Source: Takakia lepidozioides (Eukaryota; Plantae; Bryophyta). Taken from it: DNA of 64,000 nt. Both the position numbers and the translations under genes were made by a program. Under the pieces are notes generated by a model. That model did not search any database and was not told where the DNA came from. It saw nothing but the letters and a program-made list of their open reading frames with translations. The stretch spans positions 7,874,001-7,938,000 of the forward strand of contig CM060734.1 in assembly GCA_030704615.1 (NCBI GenBank), read 5' to 3'. This document shows, piece by piece, positions 1 through 13,058 of this stretch; position 1 is the stretch's first letter; each line of letters opens with the position of its first letter.

Positions 1-3000
1 ATTATATCATATGGTGGAGACTACTGAGCTTGGACTAGGAGACAAATGCTACCTCAAGGTTATGCAACAAATGGCAGCAAAACATTCTACCCAACTACAC
101 AACTTTCCCTTTTGTTTGTCCTCAAATTTGAATCCTTCAGAGGCCTCTAAATTCCCTTTCACAAAAAGCCAGGCAAAAATGATGTCACCTGTCGTATTGA
201 CTGGCCATCTGGAATTGCACGACACAAACCTGAGCAAAAATAGCTTCACATTCATCAAAGAAAATGATTGCATCATTCATATCCGCATCCCTAAAGAGTC
301 CACGAAGGTCTGAGGAGTGGTCATCACGGCTGCTTCCCCCTGCTGGTGTGTGTAGTGAATGGAAATCCACAAGGAGAACCCGCTTGCCTGTAACACCCAA
401 AATGCTTCAAAAACTCCTTATCCAAGAAGAGGCAATCACATGAGGTAGACACAAGAGGAGTGCACCATGGACAATGTATGGTAGTATCCATAGAAATATG
501 CATGACTGGATTCAGACCCAAAAGCTGCTTCAAGCTTAGCCTTCAAAGCACCCATCAAAACGATTCTAACAGCAGAGAGCAATTTTGTGAAGTGTGACTT
601 CTTATCATGCAATAGATTGAGAGTCACCCAGATGATGTGCCACCGCATTGACAGTCATGGTCTTTCCAGTGCCTGAGGCCCCACACAGCATGATCACCAA
701 GCCAGTGCCATAACTCATTATGTCCTCCAGACCTGCCCGCTTCCTGTACTGCCGGAACTTGGCAAAGTTGTCCACAGTTTTCAAAAGCATATCCTTTTGC
801 TCTTCGGGCAACACCACCTGATCCATAGCAACCTGCAAATCACACAGACGATTTTGAGGGGGTGGCCAAGAAATTCCTTTAAAATCTTAGCTATGAATGC
901 TAGCGTACACGGCCAAGCTAGTAACAACAAGAAACAAAGGGAAGGTAACAGCAGTAGACCTTGGGCTTATAAAGATGGCTGCCCTCAACAAGCTCATTCA
1001 TCTCTGTATCAAGGCCCACAATCCAATCAAGCATACGGCGGTCAAGCTCAACTTGCTGGTCCATTAAGTCTCCCCCACCACGTGTGTAAGAAGCTCGCAT
1101 CTTGATCAACCCCCTTGCCACCAGCTTGCTCGACTTGTAGAAGTATGTGCGAGCTAGCACCTAAAAACACATGCAATCAACTGTATTAGTAACACCAAGA
1201 AATACTAAGGTGGTGATACCAGGACATGGTTTTCGTATTGATACATGGACAAACTCAAGCACGCAGAAATTCATCGGCCACGAGAACAACCCTCCAAGGC
1301 AGTAGCACTTCCAATCCAACAGTACAATGCTATTTCCACTGATCTTGGACAGTATTTACATACAACTGGCATTCAGTGGGCCAACATTTCAATATTGAAC
1401 ACCTCTGATGAACTCAAAGAGAAGTCACCAAGAAAACATAAACAAAACTTAAGTAGCTATTTATCAAAAATATCCCAACAGCTGTGAACAGGTCATAAAT
1501 AACACCTAAATCTGTGTGATAGCTCAAGTCAGCAATGAAGCACCTGCTCTTTGAAAGACTCGAAGTAGACTATCAAAATGTCTTTCACCTGGATCAACAA
1601 ACAAGCGCTACAAATGAGAGATGAAACTTTACACGTTGCCATGATACTAGAGGCCAAGACTGCAGCTGTTAGATGTGAACAGATGTTCCATAATAGAAAG
1701 TCAAAGAGCACTTTTTACTCCTTTTTTTAGCAGTGATGAATTACATTGCTACAATACACAAGAATACAATATTACCTGGACCGCTTCACTACTGCGCCGA
1801 TAGCTACCATCTCCATTTTCTGCTTCAAAGATGCTCTTAACGACCGGCGATATGGAAATAGCTGCCATTACCGTTACAGAGGATTAAAAAACAAACAAGC
1901 ACCTTATAGCCTGCAGATAAGAGTACTTATTCAGACATCAAGAAACAGAACCACACAGAATCCATCAATCAAATACTGAGAATTCCTGCAATGAGAAGCT
2001 TTGATGCTTAGGCTGCCTTGCGGGATGACTTCTACAAGGTGTTAGACTCAGGAGGGTTTTCCTGTGTCCTTTGGTCTCTGGGTGGTTTTGGGAAGTAGCC
2101 CCTCCCCCAAACAACCCTTTTTTTACTGTTCTATTGGTTTCGTTGTGTCTCAGTAAATTGGTTCTTCTTCTTTTTTAAATCCTGTGATGTCCACCCAGCC
2201 TCTGCTGCACCCACATCCAACTCACCTCACACACGATACAACAAAAATGCGTAGAACAGACTAAGCCGTTAAGTTCAACACCTTCCAACCTACAACTGAG
2301 AAATAACACAATGAATGCATATTCTGGCTCTGTCTCCCCTTCACTACAAGTTTGTCAGGGGAATTTGCTGTTCTGAATATCTTGGAAGTTCAGGCATACA
2401 CGAGCTTTGGGCTTGAAACATTCTAAACTTCTGCAGCAGTAAATTGATGGCATATTTTCCCTGGATATTATAAGAGGATGACATTACATACAAGTCATAT
2501 ACCTGTCAGCATGACAACCACTCCTTTCTCAAACTCATCCAGTCCAAGCTTCCGTGCGAGTGCCTGGAAGATACCCATGTGCACAAAACCAAGTTCGTGT
2601 AACATGAATGCCAGTTCTACCTTCACACCTCGGTCTTCTAAGATAAACATTCATAATTCAGACCTAATTCTCAGCATGAAAAAGCCAGCGTATTCAAGGG
2701 TATTGATGATAAAGACTATTGCAAGTTCATATTAACATCTCTTGAAAATTGGGGGGAAGGGAATCACCTCGAGGCGAGGAAGCTGGGTAACACCATCCCT
2801 TAGTCCTTCCTCAGTGAGCTTCATCCTCTCTTGAAGCCTGTTTTGGGCAAATCGCAGTTTCGCTCGAAGCTCCCGTATGCTAGAAACCTAGGAAAAGGAG
2901 GGAGACAAGACTCTGAAAAGCGGCCATGCAACTGAGAACCAAGCCTATGGTGTTGGAAATGTCATGAAGGTTGGGCTTGCCATTCGGTAATTCCATAGCA

Positions 3001-6000
3001 CTAAAAACATCTAAGTATCAACAAACAACAAAAAAAACGTTTAACAACTCTACTTTGGAATCATTCAGATGTCTTAACATGTGGGAAAGATGTAGTAACA
3101 GAATGTATTACTAAAATTGTCTGCCTTTTGTGGGCTATCAACAACCTTCCCCACAATGTATCCTGGAAGGCAGTCCCCACTAGATACCAACCTACAGAGC
3201 TAGTTGTGGGGTCTCTACCCACCAGAGTATGGAGAAAGGGAAGGGTGCAATTTTCATAATAAATTGTATGCTTCAGCATGAAAGAAACAGTTTACCTTGG
3301 TGGTACGGTATACATCGTACCAAGGACGCTCATCATTAAAGGCCTCCTTCATATCCTCTTTGTGGCGTGCTTTAGCAATTCGCAGCATCAGTGCCAAAAC
3401 TTGAAATGCATCATCCAGATACTCAAGACTTGAACCATAGGGGCGCAGCTCGCCCTTAAAAGTCTTAAGATCCTCATCTGCTTGGCCAGTTGCTGTTCCT
3501 GCCATAATTGTGAGCTTGTCAAATAGCTTCACGCCTTTGTCTGCTCAACTCTAAAACTCCCACGATTCCCTGATGGACATTTAGATGAAACATTTGACAT
3601 CCGATCCAGACAAATACCTACTCGGGACTCAGGAAAGCGCACTAACTTTGCCACTGGATGCTTGGATTAAAAACACCTACCTCCATGGCCTTGGACCAGC
3701 TAAAAGTGACTACATCCCATCAAAATACACTATCTACAGATATATAGACAACTCCTAATGGATGCAGTGGCACAAGAAGAACTGTGGTTTTTGTCCCCAA
3801 ATTACCCAGAATGCTGTCCAAAGAGGTTCACCTGTTGCATGTTCCACACCATTGGTCACATCAGCTTCGGAGCTTCCCCCATCACCTAGCAAAGCAGCAC
3901 GTTTTCTCTTGGACCCAATATCTGCTCTCACAAGCTCATCCAACTCCCCTACTTGGGCTGCTACGTCATCATCTAGGTCGTCCCCCTCCCCAAACTTCCG
4001 TTTCCTACTTTGTGCCGACTCCCCCTTGCAATTTAGTATTTGGAGGAGGGTTGGTTCTAAGGAATGTGTTAATGCAGTCTTATCTTCGACAGCACTTGTG
4101 CTTACAATGCCATCAGCTTCCCCTGTCACGCAATCTGTATGGCTTTCTACCTACAAGACAGAGACACACAAGGATAAAAACAATACTGACAATCAGTATA
4201 TAATCGATCAAAAATAAAATTACCCCCTTAAGATTTATTTGGCCATAACCTCCAGGAACATGGGAATACTTTAGTTAATTTAGAATAGCCAGAACCAACG
4301 AGGAATAAGTCTAGACTGGGTGGTCCCTACCCACGTAGAATTTTGAGTGCACTATGACTGTCTCTTCTGCACTGAAGCCTAATGACAAGCCTCTGCAGGG
4401 GTACCAATGGAGAATTTGGTTCTCCAGAGAACTAGTACTGGAGGTCCAGATATTTAAAATTGCATAGAGGACAGTAAGCATTTATGTAGTTCAACCAACC
4501 CTTGTGAAGGCAACCCTGCATCTTGCAGTCACATCATGCAACCACATAAACACAAGTGAGGGCAGTAATGACCTTAAAACTGCAGTTTTACCTGTGATGA
4601 CTCCATCACACTCAGAAGCTCTGTCTTGCTTAGTTTTAAACGGTGTTCTGTCTTCAAAGGCCTCAAGAGTAGCACTGAGACAGCCTCATTCGTCATGCGG
4701 ATTGTCTTTCCTTCATAGTCATCCTGATAATCCCCCGCACTGTCAAGAATGGAGGTCTCTACTCTATTCTGCTATCAAACCCAATCAGGGACATTGCAAG
4801 ACATTGCCAACTACACTGCTTATAATCCATACGTCAAGATTGTGGCTTTTTTGCAGAGAAAGCCTCCTTTCCCTTCTTCCTTTCGTTCCTACCCGAGACA
4901 ACAGGTTTTGTTCCTCATGCAAGCCATGCAGTAAATTCATCAAGATTTTCATTCTGTAACTTCACCTAATGAAGCAGGTATCCTCTTTCATGAGGACCAA
5001 CAAAGCTGGTACTTCAAACAAAAAGTAAGTTGTGAAACTATTATCATTGGGCTTCATCATCAGCGAGCGAAAAGAACCACAAAAAGACCTAGCTTCCATT
5101 AGTCGCCTTTGAACAGCAGTTGGTTTCTATAAGTTCAATTCAAGACTTCAGTTCAGCAGCTAAGTATGTACCTGGCCCACAATGATCCCCTCAACTATGT
5201 GGGTGCGCTTGTCATCTAGAAATTCTTCCACTTCCAGTACACTCATTCCAGAGAGCTCCATAGCCATTTCCTTGTCATCCTGTCTGGGACCTGCAAGAAT
5301 GCAACTTTGGTTGAAGACGTAAAAGACATAACTGAGCTTCTTTTAATGAGTTGAATAATCAATACCCTGTAAGTGAATGGGTGCAAGAAGTATACAATTT
5401 GAAGGAGTGACCCCGGCACATCTCTTTGAAACCCTAGCTTTTTAAACTGAAATCAACTGTCCTGAACAGTGCTTCTCGCCTCATTGGAAGCCTCAACAGT
5501 TACCCATGATATACGACAGAAGGACCCATCAACTTCGGCAGAATATTCTGTACAGTAACCAATACTGCCTAGTGAATCCATGTAAGAGACTATAAATGGA
5601 TGCTTCCCACCTAAGAAGGCTCTAACTGCGAATGCCTTCGATGCACCCCGCACAAAGAGGAGTTGGAATAGATCAGATTCGCCAGTGGTAAGCCCATAGC
5701 GACCTGCAAGCCGCAGAACTAAAGGGTGTGTACTCGATTCGGTAGCTGCCAAGCGGACCTGCGCTAGAGTCGTCGTCTTTTCAAGCAGCTCGTCAACAAA
5801 TTCTAGAGCTTCCTTTCTGCATCATCCAAAGAAGCCATCATTACTAACCAAGAGAAGCAGATGCGACAAACTTTGTGCCATTTGGCCCAAAAACCCTGAA
5901 GTACTAGAATATCCCAGTTTGGAGAATTAGTACTGGTACAAATCTGTCACCATCCATAGGTAACAGTGTTGTGGACGTAAAGGGATGAAGATCCTGCAGA

Positions 6001-7085
6001 TTTGCTCAAGGACAAAGGTTTGCATGACACATGAGGTGAAGCCTCATTTTGCAGTAGAGATGAACCGCAGCCTTACTTGCACTTCCAATCTAGCAGACTG
6101 CCTTAATTTCCAGATTATCCAAAACCTTTGAATCAGACATTGTCCGGTGGTTCATCAAGCACCAAGGTAGAGATTTAAGCACAAATATAACACAAAAAAG
6201 AAGCCTAAAACAGCTGCTTTTTGCAAGCCTGTCAAGAAGGTTGATGCGACACAAGTTTATGACTGAAAGGTACTCAGCTTCGAACATAAACTTGTGATGC
6301 TTTGCACTAACAGCCAGAGAGAGGGTATGTTATTGTGTATGCTAATTACGAAGAATAGGGATCCTCAGAAATTACAACCTCCCAGACCCTTGACAATGCG
6401 CTACTGCTCAACCACCTTTAACTAGCCCTAGGGATTAAGGGTTTAAGGAGAGGAATATTTCAACGTGAGATGCATGACTATATTTGCTTCCAACGAGCTG
6501 ATGCTTGTAGCTCTGCCCTGGCCTTACTAGACTCCGTCAAAGTCTCATGACCACCCTAAAGGTCATGATTATTTCTCTTTCCAAGAAACAAGAGGACAGT
6601 ATGGCGATGAGTGAGGAAGAAAAGGAATTGCACCGAAATATCAGAGCAGATGTCCCGTCCAAGAAAACAGCAGTTAATTATACACCATTTGTGTGTAAAT
6701 AATTGCAGTCGTTGTGCGCCATTTCAAAACCATGACACTGAGGTGGGAAAAGAACTCACGAAGTAAAGGACTGTGCTGCAGAACTTCCAGATTCCGCAGC
6801 AGTTCCACTTAAGACGCGCGACAGGGACCTCAAGAACTCCATCCGGTGAGCGCGCAACACGAACTTAAGCTCCAAGTGTGCCAGCCACTCAGCCTCAGTA
6901 AATGGGGCAAGCGATGTTGACTGATCCAGCTGGTCGCTGGCCAAATTTTTGTCCAACCCCTGCCCCTCGCTGAATGCGGATGGATACACCTGGCTAATCT
7001 CCGCTTCAAAATCTTGCAGCAGCACTAACAGGTCGGCGCGTATGCGTTTGGGATCAAGGGGAGAAGATACTGCCATCGTAGTCAT
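1..7085 (-). CDS. Multi-exon AAA+ ATPase, Afp15/Pvc15-like; 3' end outside window
   Basis: Approximate GT-AG exons: 7085-6760, 5816-5611, 5290-5172, 4723-4592, 4150-3831, ~3508-3296, 2887-2768, ~2563-2502, ~1861-1775, 1588-1544, 1160-960, 832-628, 388-230. Walker A region 'SYGTGLVIMLCGASGTGKTM', Walker B 'IIFFDECEAIF', pre-AAA motif 'MDQVVLPEEQKD'. Confidence 0.85.
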
Positions 7086-8197
7086 TCTACCAATGCGTGT
7101 TGTCTAAGTACGGGGGTACTGAGCAGCTTACTCCACAGATATCAAGTCAAAAATTGACTGCAAGTGCATCTAGCAGACTCAGTATAATCCCCCCTACAGC
7201 CGCAAGAAGAAAACCAGAGATTGATGCTTAACCCCAAGCTCCAATTGTATTATCCCACAAGCGGGCAAGAGTGTGTTTGATTGTGTGCTTCACTGATGAG
7301 TTTGTGTGTATCTGTGAAATAGGAATGAACCAAAGTTGCGGATCAATGCGTGCAAATCTTCTCACAAACTTTCGATCGTAACTGAGGGGAAAAAGCACAG
7401 ACTACTAAGAGATTAATCGGTGACACGGAAGGGTTACAGACAGAGAAGGCGCGATGCGGTGAAGAAAACGAGAGAGAGAGAGTGTTTAGAAGAGCAATGC
7501 AATCAGGAAAAACTATCACAGCTTCCCGCCATTGCTCACATGTCTGTGGAAATGATCGCTCAGCGCTCTGGCATTCAGAGTAATCGTGATTCAGGGCTGA
7601 AGAATCCAAAGAGGAGGCAGAATTGGAGGCGTGTAGCGATTGATCTCTCCTACAATCAAGCCCGAAAACTCAATCTCAGACAATCGCTAAACACCCATCA
7701 CAAACAACCAGATGAAGGAAGGGATGCAAATAAAAACCGAGGGACAAGCGAAAGTAAAACATTCTCAATCTATCTCTTCTCTCCCCACCAATCTCTCTCG
7801 CACGATCTCTTCAATCCTCACCATCTCTCGTCTCTCTCGCAGCTAAACCCCACGTTCCCTTTCATTGATAGTACCGGGCTTCTCACGCTCCTCCCGGGAA
7901 TACACGTGGCGACATCCAGTTCGGTATACCCATGGATACCTCTCCAGGTATCTAATTGGACCAATTCCTACCTGCCACGTGAACACGTGCTACCAATAGG
8001 TGCTTGCGGGGATTCTAACCGGCCAGGTGCGGGGGTTCGCCCTTCGTTTCGCAGGTCGTGCCACCCTTTTCTTCTCAGTGGGCCCATCCCCTTTTTTTCT
8101 TTTTTTTTCCAGGGCTTATACACCGTGGAATTTGTGGAAAGCTAGATGTGCTGTCCAGGCCGCATGGCAGCCTTCGGGCATGTAGTAAGGGTTTTAA

Positions 8198-9720
8198 TTT
8201 TTTTCCCTTCAATAATATGTATATTTATAGAAAGGGGATGGAGGCCCTTAACTTTATATCAAAGGAGGCAAGCCCCGGAAGATTTACATCGAGGAAAAAA
8301 TAACATCGTCGAGGTTGCCATAGAGGCTGATCCAGGAAGCCACTGCTTCGAAACCAAAGTCTAAGGGAGAATAGAGTATCTATCTCAAGGAAGGAAAGAT
8401 ACTAAGAGGCTGCCAGTTGACAAGAGCCGCAAAAAACACAAGGGTCTCAAAAGCTACCGCGCTTTCGCTTGTATGTTCTAAAAGCAAGCTGGGTCCTAGA
8501 GTGGGTTTTTCTAAAGGAACACTGATGCCGCCAAGTCACCTCGGACTCCTCTCCATCAGCAGGGGACTGATGGGCACTAAAGGAGCTCCCAGCCATGTGG
8601 GATGGTGTCGTTCCACCGAATTCTCTCCGCCTCTGCTAGAGCAAATGGTTCCTCCCTTGCCCCACGAGCTGTCAAACTGAGCGAGCAGTTGGTCCCTTCG
8701 ACCGCTGCTACACCTGCAAATAACTTCCCTAACGCCCGCCAAGCCTTGCGGGCCTCAGACAAGAGGTATGAGTGAACCAAACATAAAATCACCCTAGCGC
8801 TACACGGCCTGCCATCAAAGATGCTTGAACATCTAGACTTCCAGATATGCCACAAGGTAAGAGATCTTAGAGAACACCAAACAGGGCAGGAAGACCACAT
8901 ACTACCCTGCAAGAAGTTGAGGAGCTGCACTGAAGGACAAGAAAGAGAGAGAGACCGCCAGTGCCTGTAAGTGATTACATGATTCCAAACAAAGGATGCG
9001 AGAGGGCAGTCCACCAGGCAGTGATCAATTGTCTCCGATGCCTGCGCACGGCAGGAGGTACACTGTGAAGGTGTCCCAGGGAAATGGGCACGCACCGGTA
9101 AGATTCTGTTGACCAGCTTCCACAAGAAAGCACTGATTTTTGCAGGCCTCTCCTTGCGCCAAACATCTTTCCAAATGGTAGTCCAAGATGTGGGACAATC
9201 AGGCAAGTAGGACCATTTCGTGGACCATTTGGTTGACAGTGTACTTGAAAACGGGCTGTGTTTCTTGTCTTTCCACACCCACTCCCAGGGATCAAATTGG
9301 AGAAGAGTAACTGGTGCCTGAAGGAACCAATGCAGGAAGGGGTTGGTGTGTAGGCCGTTCATGAGAGAAGGGTTCACCTGGCCTGTTGCTAAGCAGAAAA
9401 ACCCTGATAGCATAGCATAGCATGGATTTTCCGGAATGTCAGAAAAGATTGGGGAATATTGCTAGTCACCAAATCCCAGCCAGCGCGGGCCCTTCGCTGG
9501 GAGAGGGCAGGAGTAGCTTCAGAAAAGGAAAGCAGTGTCCCGTTATCCCAGACATGAGAGAAATGACTAATGTTGGCCGCCTCCCATGGGCCCATCGCGC
9601 CGAGCATCTCAGAAGGATATCGGAGTCTCTGCTTAAATTACCAAACAAGGGTTGTCTGGAGACCTCTTCCGGGATTGATGGGCCTAGGCAAGGCCTTAAT
9701 AAAGCTTCCTAGGGCTACTT
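8198..9720 (-). mobile_element. 5'-truncated L1-type LINE, ORF2 C-terminus (zf-RVT) plus 3' UTR
   Basis: ORF 8577-9413 contains 'WKDVW..PAKISAFLWKLVNRILP..CTSC..ETIDHCLVDC..FVW..LWHIWKSRCSSIFD'. A-rich tail on the minus strand near 8191-8205. Ends are approximate. Confidence 0.85.
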
Positions 9721-9724
9721 ACCC

Positions 9725-10062
9725 TTTTAACTATTTAATATTTATAATATTAATATTAATAAAGATATGCTTGGTTTTACGAGGGGAAACCACCTGGGGG
9801 CAGGTCCATTCTGTTTTCTCTCTTTTAACTATTTAATATTTATAATAATAATAATAATAAGGATGTGCTTGGTTTTACGAGGGGAAATCACCCGGGGCAG
9901 GTCCATTCTGTTTAACATTTATCATGACCTGCTTACTGATGGGAGGAAAGCCTGGGGCACTATGTGTGCAGCTGTTTCCAGAACTTCACAACAACGCGGG
10001 AGGAAGCTCTTCCAGGATTTTCGAACTTCACAACAACGCGGGAGGAAGCTCTTCCAGGATTT
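9725..10062. repeat. Two local tandem duplications (~100 bp x2 at 9725-9910; 42 bp x2 at ~9980-10062)
   Basis: Repeated 'tgcttggttttacgagggga..cac..ggggcaggtccattctgttt' and 'gaacttcacaacaacgcgggaggaagctcttccaggatttt'. Confidence 0.85.
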
Positions 10063-11239
10063 TCAGCCGTCCTAGGGCAAAACAGCGTACTCAACACCTA
10101 TCTTCCCATCATGCGTTTTACTTGGCAAAACACCGTCCCCACTAGTTGGGAAGTCTCCTAGTGAGGGGGAGGATGGAGATTTCAACTTGAGGCACAAGAA
10201 GGCTTGTGACACCAAGTTTAACCCAACTGAGGTTTTAGCTTTGGAGTTTTTGTTTCATGGCTTGACCCCTTCATCTGGCACCATCTCAGTTCCCCCCTTA
10301 GGCTCAGTCAGCTCAGTAATCTCCTGTTCTTTCCCCCCACTTCTGCTCTACGTTACTTCATTAACCCCCCTGTCATGACATGACTCTCTTTTCGTTTCTT
10401 CTTCACACCGTTGTGGCATCTTTTTGCTTCTCATTGTATTCCTTGAAGGTTTTTTTTGTAGCTGGTATGCTATGGATGCTGGGAAGTTCCCCCACAGTTA
10501 GCCTGCACACTCTCCTTGGTGGTTATTTTTTCCATCAGTTGTGATGGGGGGCGGGGGTGCGGTCCGACATTTCCACCGTAAGAGTGGAAACTCTAAAATT
10601 GGGCCAAAAAGGCTATTGACTTCGAGCGAGTTCATAAAGGTTATTATATTAGTAAATATATTGAGAAGGACTTGAAGCATTTTGTTGAGATGTTGTCTAC
10701 ATTCATGTAAAGACCCGGCCAGGATTTTTTAGTTAGAGAGGATGGCACCTTGCACGGAGGAATTTTCACGCCAGGTGAGCATGGCACCTTACGCCGCGTA
10801 AGGTTCCTCCTCTCCTCCAGAGGAAGGCACCTTCCGTCGTGTAAGGTTCCTGCTCTTGTGAGCCATCCGATTTAGATGATCCCAGCCGTCGATGGTAAAG
10901 GAAATCCTTGGCTGTGTCTTTACGCCTGGTAAGGCCCCGTCCGAGGGCCTTACCCTATACTATATATGCAAATGCGAAAATAAAATGGAGGTCATATCTT
11001 CCCTCAAAATCATATAACCAGAATGACATGTCTCGCAACATTATGGAGACATGAAATACTTGTTTTTTCATCATATGACATTAGAACATCTGATTTTCTA
11101 ACAAACAAATTCCCAACACTTTTTTGGCAATAACATTGATACTTCATATCGTCAATTACCTTCATTATATGATACCACACATCTAAGAGGATATTAATGT
11201 ATGTTAGGATCTTTGACACATTAATTTCAATTGTATAAA

Positions 11240-11930
11240 CAATTTATGGTTGGTTATGGGGTGGGATCCCCTCTAAAGGCGCCTCTCCAGGCTATTTTTA
11301 TTTTCTCGATTTCTAAAGTCTTATTTGAATTTTCACAATATGATGAAGCCTTGTGCAAGAATTCCCTAATTCAATATGCCAACTTCCTTCTTAATGTAGC
11401 TCCATTATCCTCTCATCTTTGGCACCCTCTCTCAAATGGCTTTTGCAGGGAAACTCTCATCCCTCCAGATTGGTTTGCAAGCTTGCAAGTCTATCTGGAG
11501 TGCCCAGAATTCCCTCCGTGGCCATCTTATGCTTCGAATTCCTACTAAAATATGCAAAGGCTCTTCGTCAACCCCTGTTTGATAACTTAAACTTGAATGG
11601 CTAACATCTTGCTACTCTATCGCCTAAATGGGCTCATTGGGAAGCTCCTGGCTTTTCAAATTTCACATATAGCCAATATCTGGGATTCTAACTCGTTTCT
11701 CTCCACGTAGCAACTTGCAGTGCATATTTCTCGCCAAAGAATCGTTGCTTCCTGGCCGATTATCTCTGACACAGCTTCTTTTGCGGTCTCACACATTCTT
11801 AGTTTCGGCCATGGGGAGGTTACTACTCCATCTTGGAGGGGTACTCTTTAAGTCCCTACTTAGGCCTTCTGATTTTATCCTTGCATTCTAACACAGCCTC
11901 TAGCATTGAATTCACCATTGATTTCTGAAC
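11240..11930 (+). mobile_element. Degraded LINE remnant related to the 8198-9720 element
   Basis: 11573-11650 'ccctgtttgataacttaa...aaatgggctcattgggaag' resembles the reverse complement of 9580-9652. Many stops. Confidence 0.45.
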
Positions 11931-12884
11931 TACCCAAATATATCGAGTTAAATTTGGAGCCTAAGTTTTGTTGTAGGTTGTTTGACAAGCAATGGTTTAG
12001 AACTTAGAGAGGGGATGAGTTTGATTCAATTTGTGAGGGTGCATATTACACACAAGTGTGTGGTGGCCCTTAGGAAGTAGCCCCAAGAATGTGAGATTAT
12101 GTCAAACTCATTTGTACAAATGTTGAAGGAAGATTCACATTCTTCTTATGCTCTTGCCATTACATATAGTGCTCATTCTTCCGTACTTGCACCTTCCATA
12201 CTTGCATGTGCTCGCCCACTAACTCAAGCTTTGGGAGTTTCAAAGAAGAAATGAAAGAAAAAAAACCCCTTGCGCTTGATGTGGATCACATTGGAGGGTG
12301 ATGGATTAACACGGCGCTAGTTGCAAACATTGGTGAAGAAGCAACAAAGGCCTTTTGATCGCGAGACATTGGTTGCATATTCACACTGAGCATGCAAGAT
12401 AGATGCCGCTCCAGCTTCGCCAATCGGAGACCCACATCAAGGGAAAAATTGAGAAGATGAAGCTTAAGAAAAGAAGACATAATACTTTGTCTGTAGAGCA
12501 AACAAGTGGTGAACGCTCCAACTAGCTTTGGTTTCAACAAATGCAAAAATTCATGGGGGATTCAGCAAAATGAGATGGTCTACAGGGTGGTTGACATAAT
12601 CAAGGTCGTGCATCATGGGCTAATACAAATGACAGTTTTGGTGTCGGTGAGAAGCCATTTCTAGCTAATGTAATCTTCTATGTTGAAAGATCAAAAAATA
12701 ATTCGTTGTCGAAAAATAAACCTGGAACTAAGAGAAAAGTTCGTTACTGAAATTTTTTCCATATTTGTTTTGGATGGGTATCTCATGCAAGGAAGTGAGG
12801 GTCACAAGTCACAACCTTGTGGATGGCTTATACAACTGATTCTACCAACAATTTCTTCTCCCAATCCTCAATTTGCAATGCTTG

Positions 12885-13058
12885 GGGCAACCAGCATGTA
12901 GCCCAATGGTAATGGGCACATACCACGTTGGATGTGGTTGTGGGTTCAATCCATGGTCTGGTGTGTCATGAAGGTGTCCACCTTTCAGTTGGAAGGCAGT
13001 AGCCCTTGTGGTGAAGTGACACCATAAGTTACGCTCCCTTCGGGAGGCGTCATATATA
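12885..13058 (+). mobile_element. tRNA-derived SINE, copy 1
   Basis: Pol III A box TAGCCCAATGG and B box GGTTCAATCC. 11-bp TSD tgcaatgcttg at 12874-12884 and 13059-13069. Near-identical copy at 30827-31000. Confidence 0.9.

Noticed and set aside
7420-8145. 241-aa ORF
   Set aside because: Crosses low-complexity GA/CT promoter-like sequence upstream of the AAA gene and has no recognisable domain.
12885-12955. Functional tRNA gene
   Set aside because: No convincing acceptor stem. It is fused to a non-tRNA body, multi-copy and TSD-flanked, so it is a SINE.
12960-13052. Self-cleaving ribozyme in the SINE body
   Set aside because: Structured, but no hammerhead (CUGAnGA/GAAA), twister, pistol or HDV core was recognised by eye.
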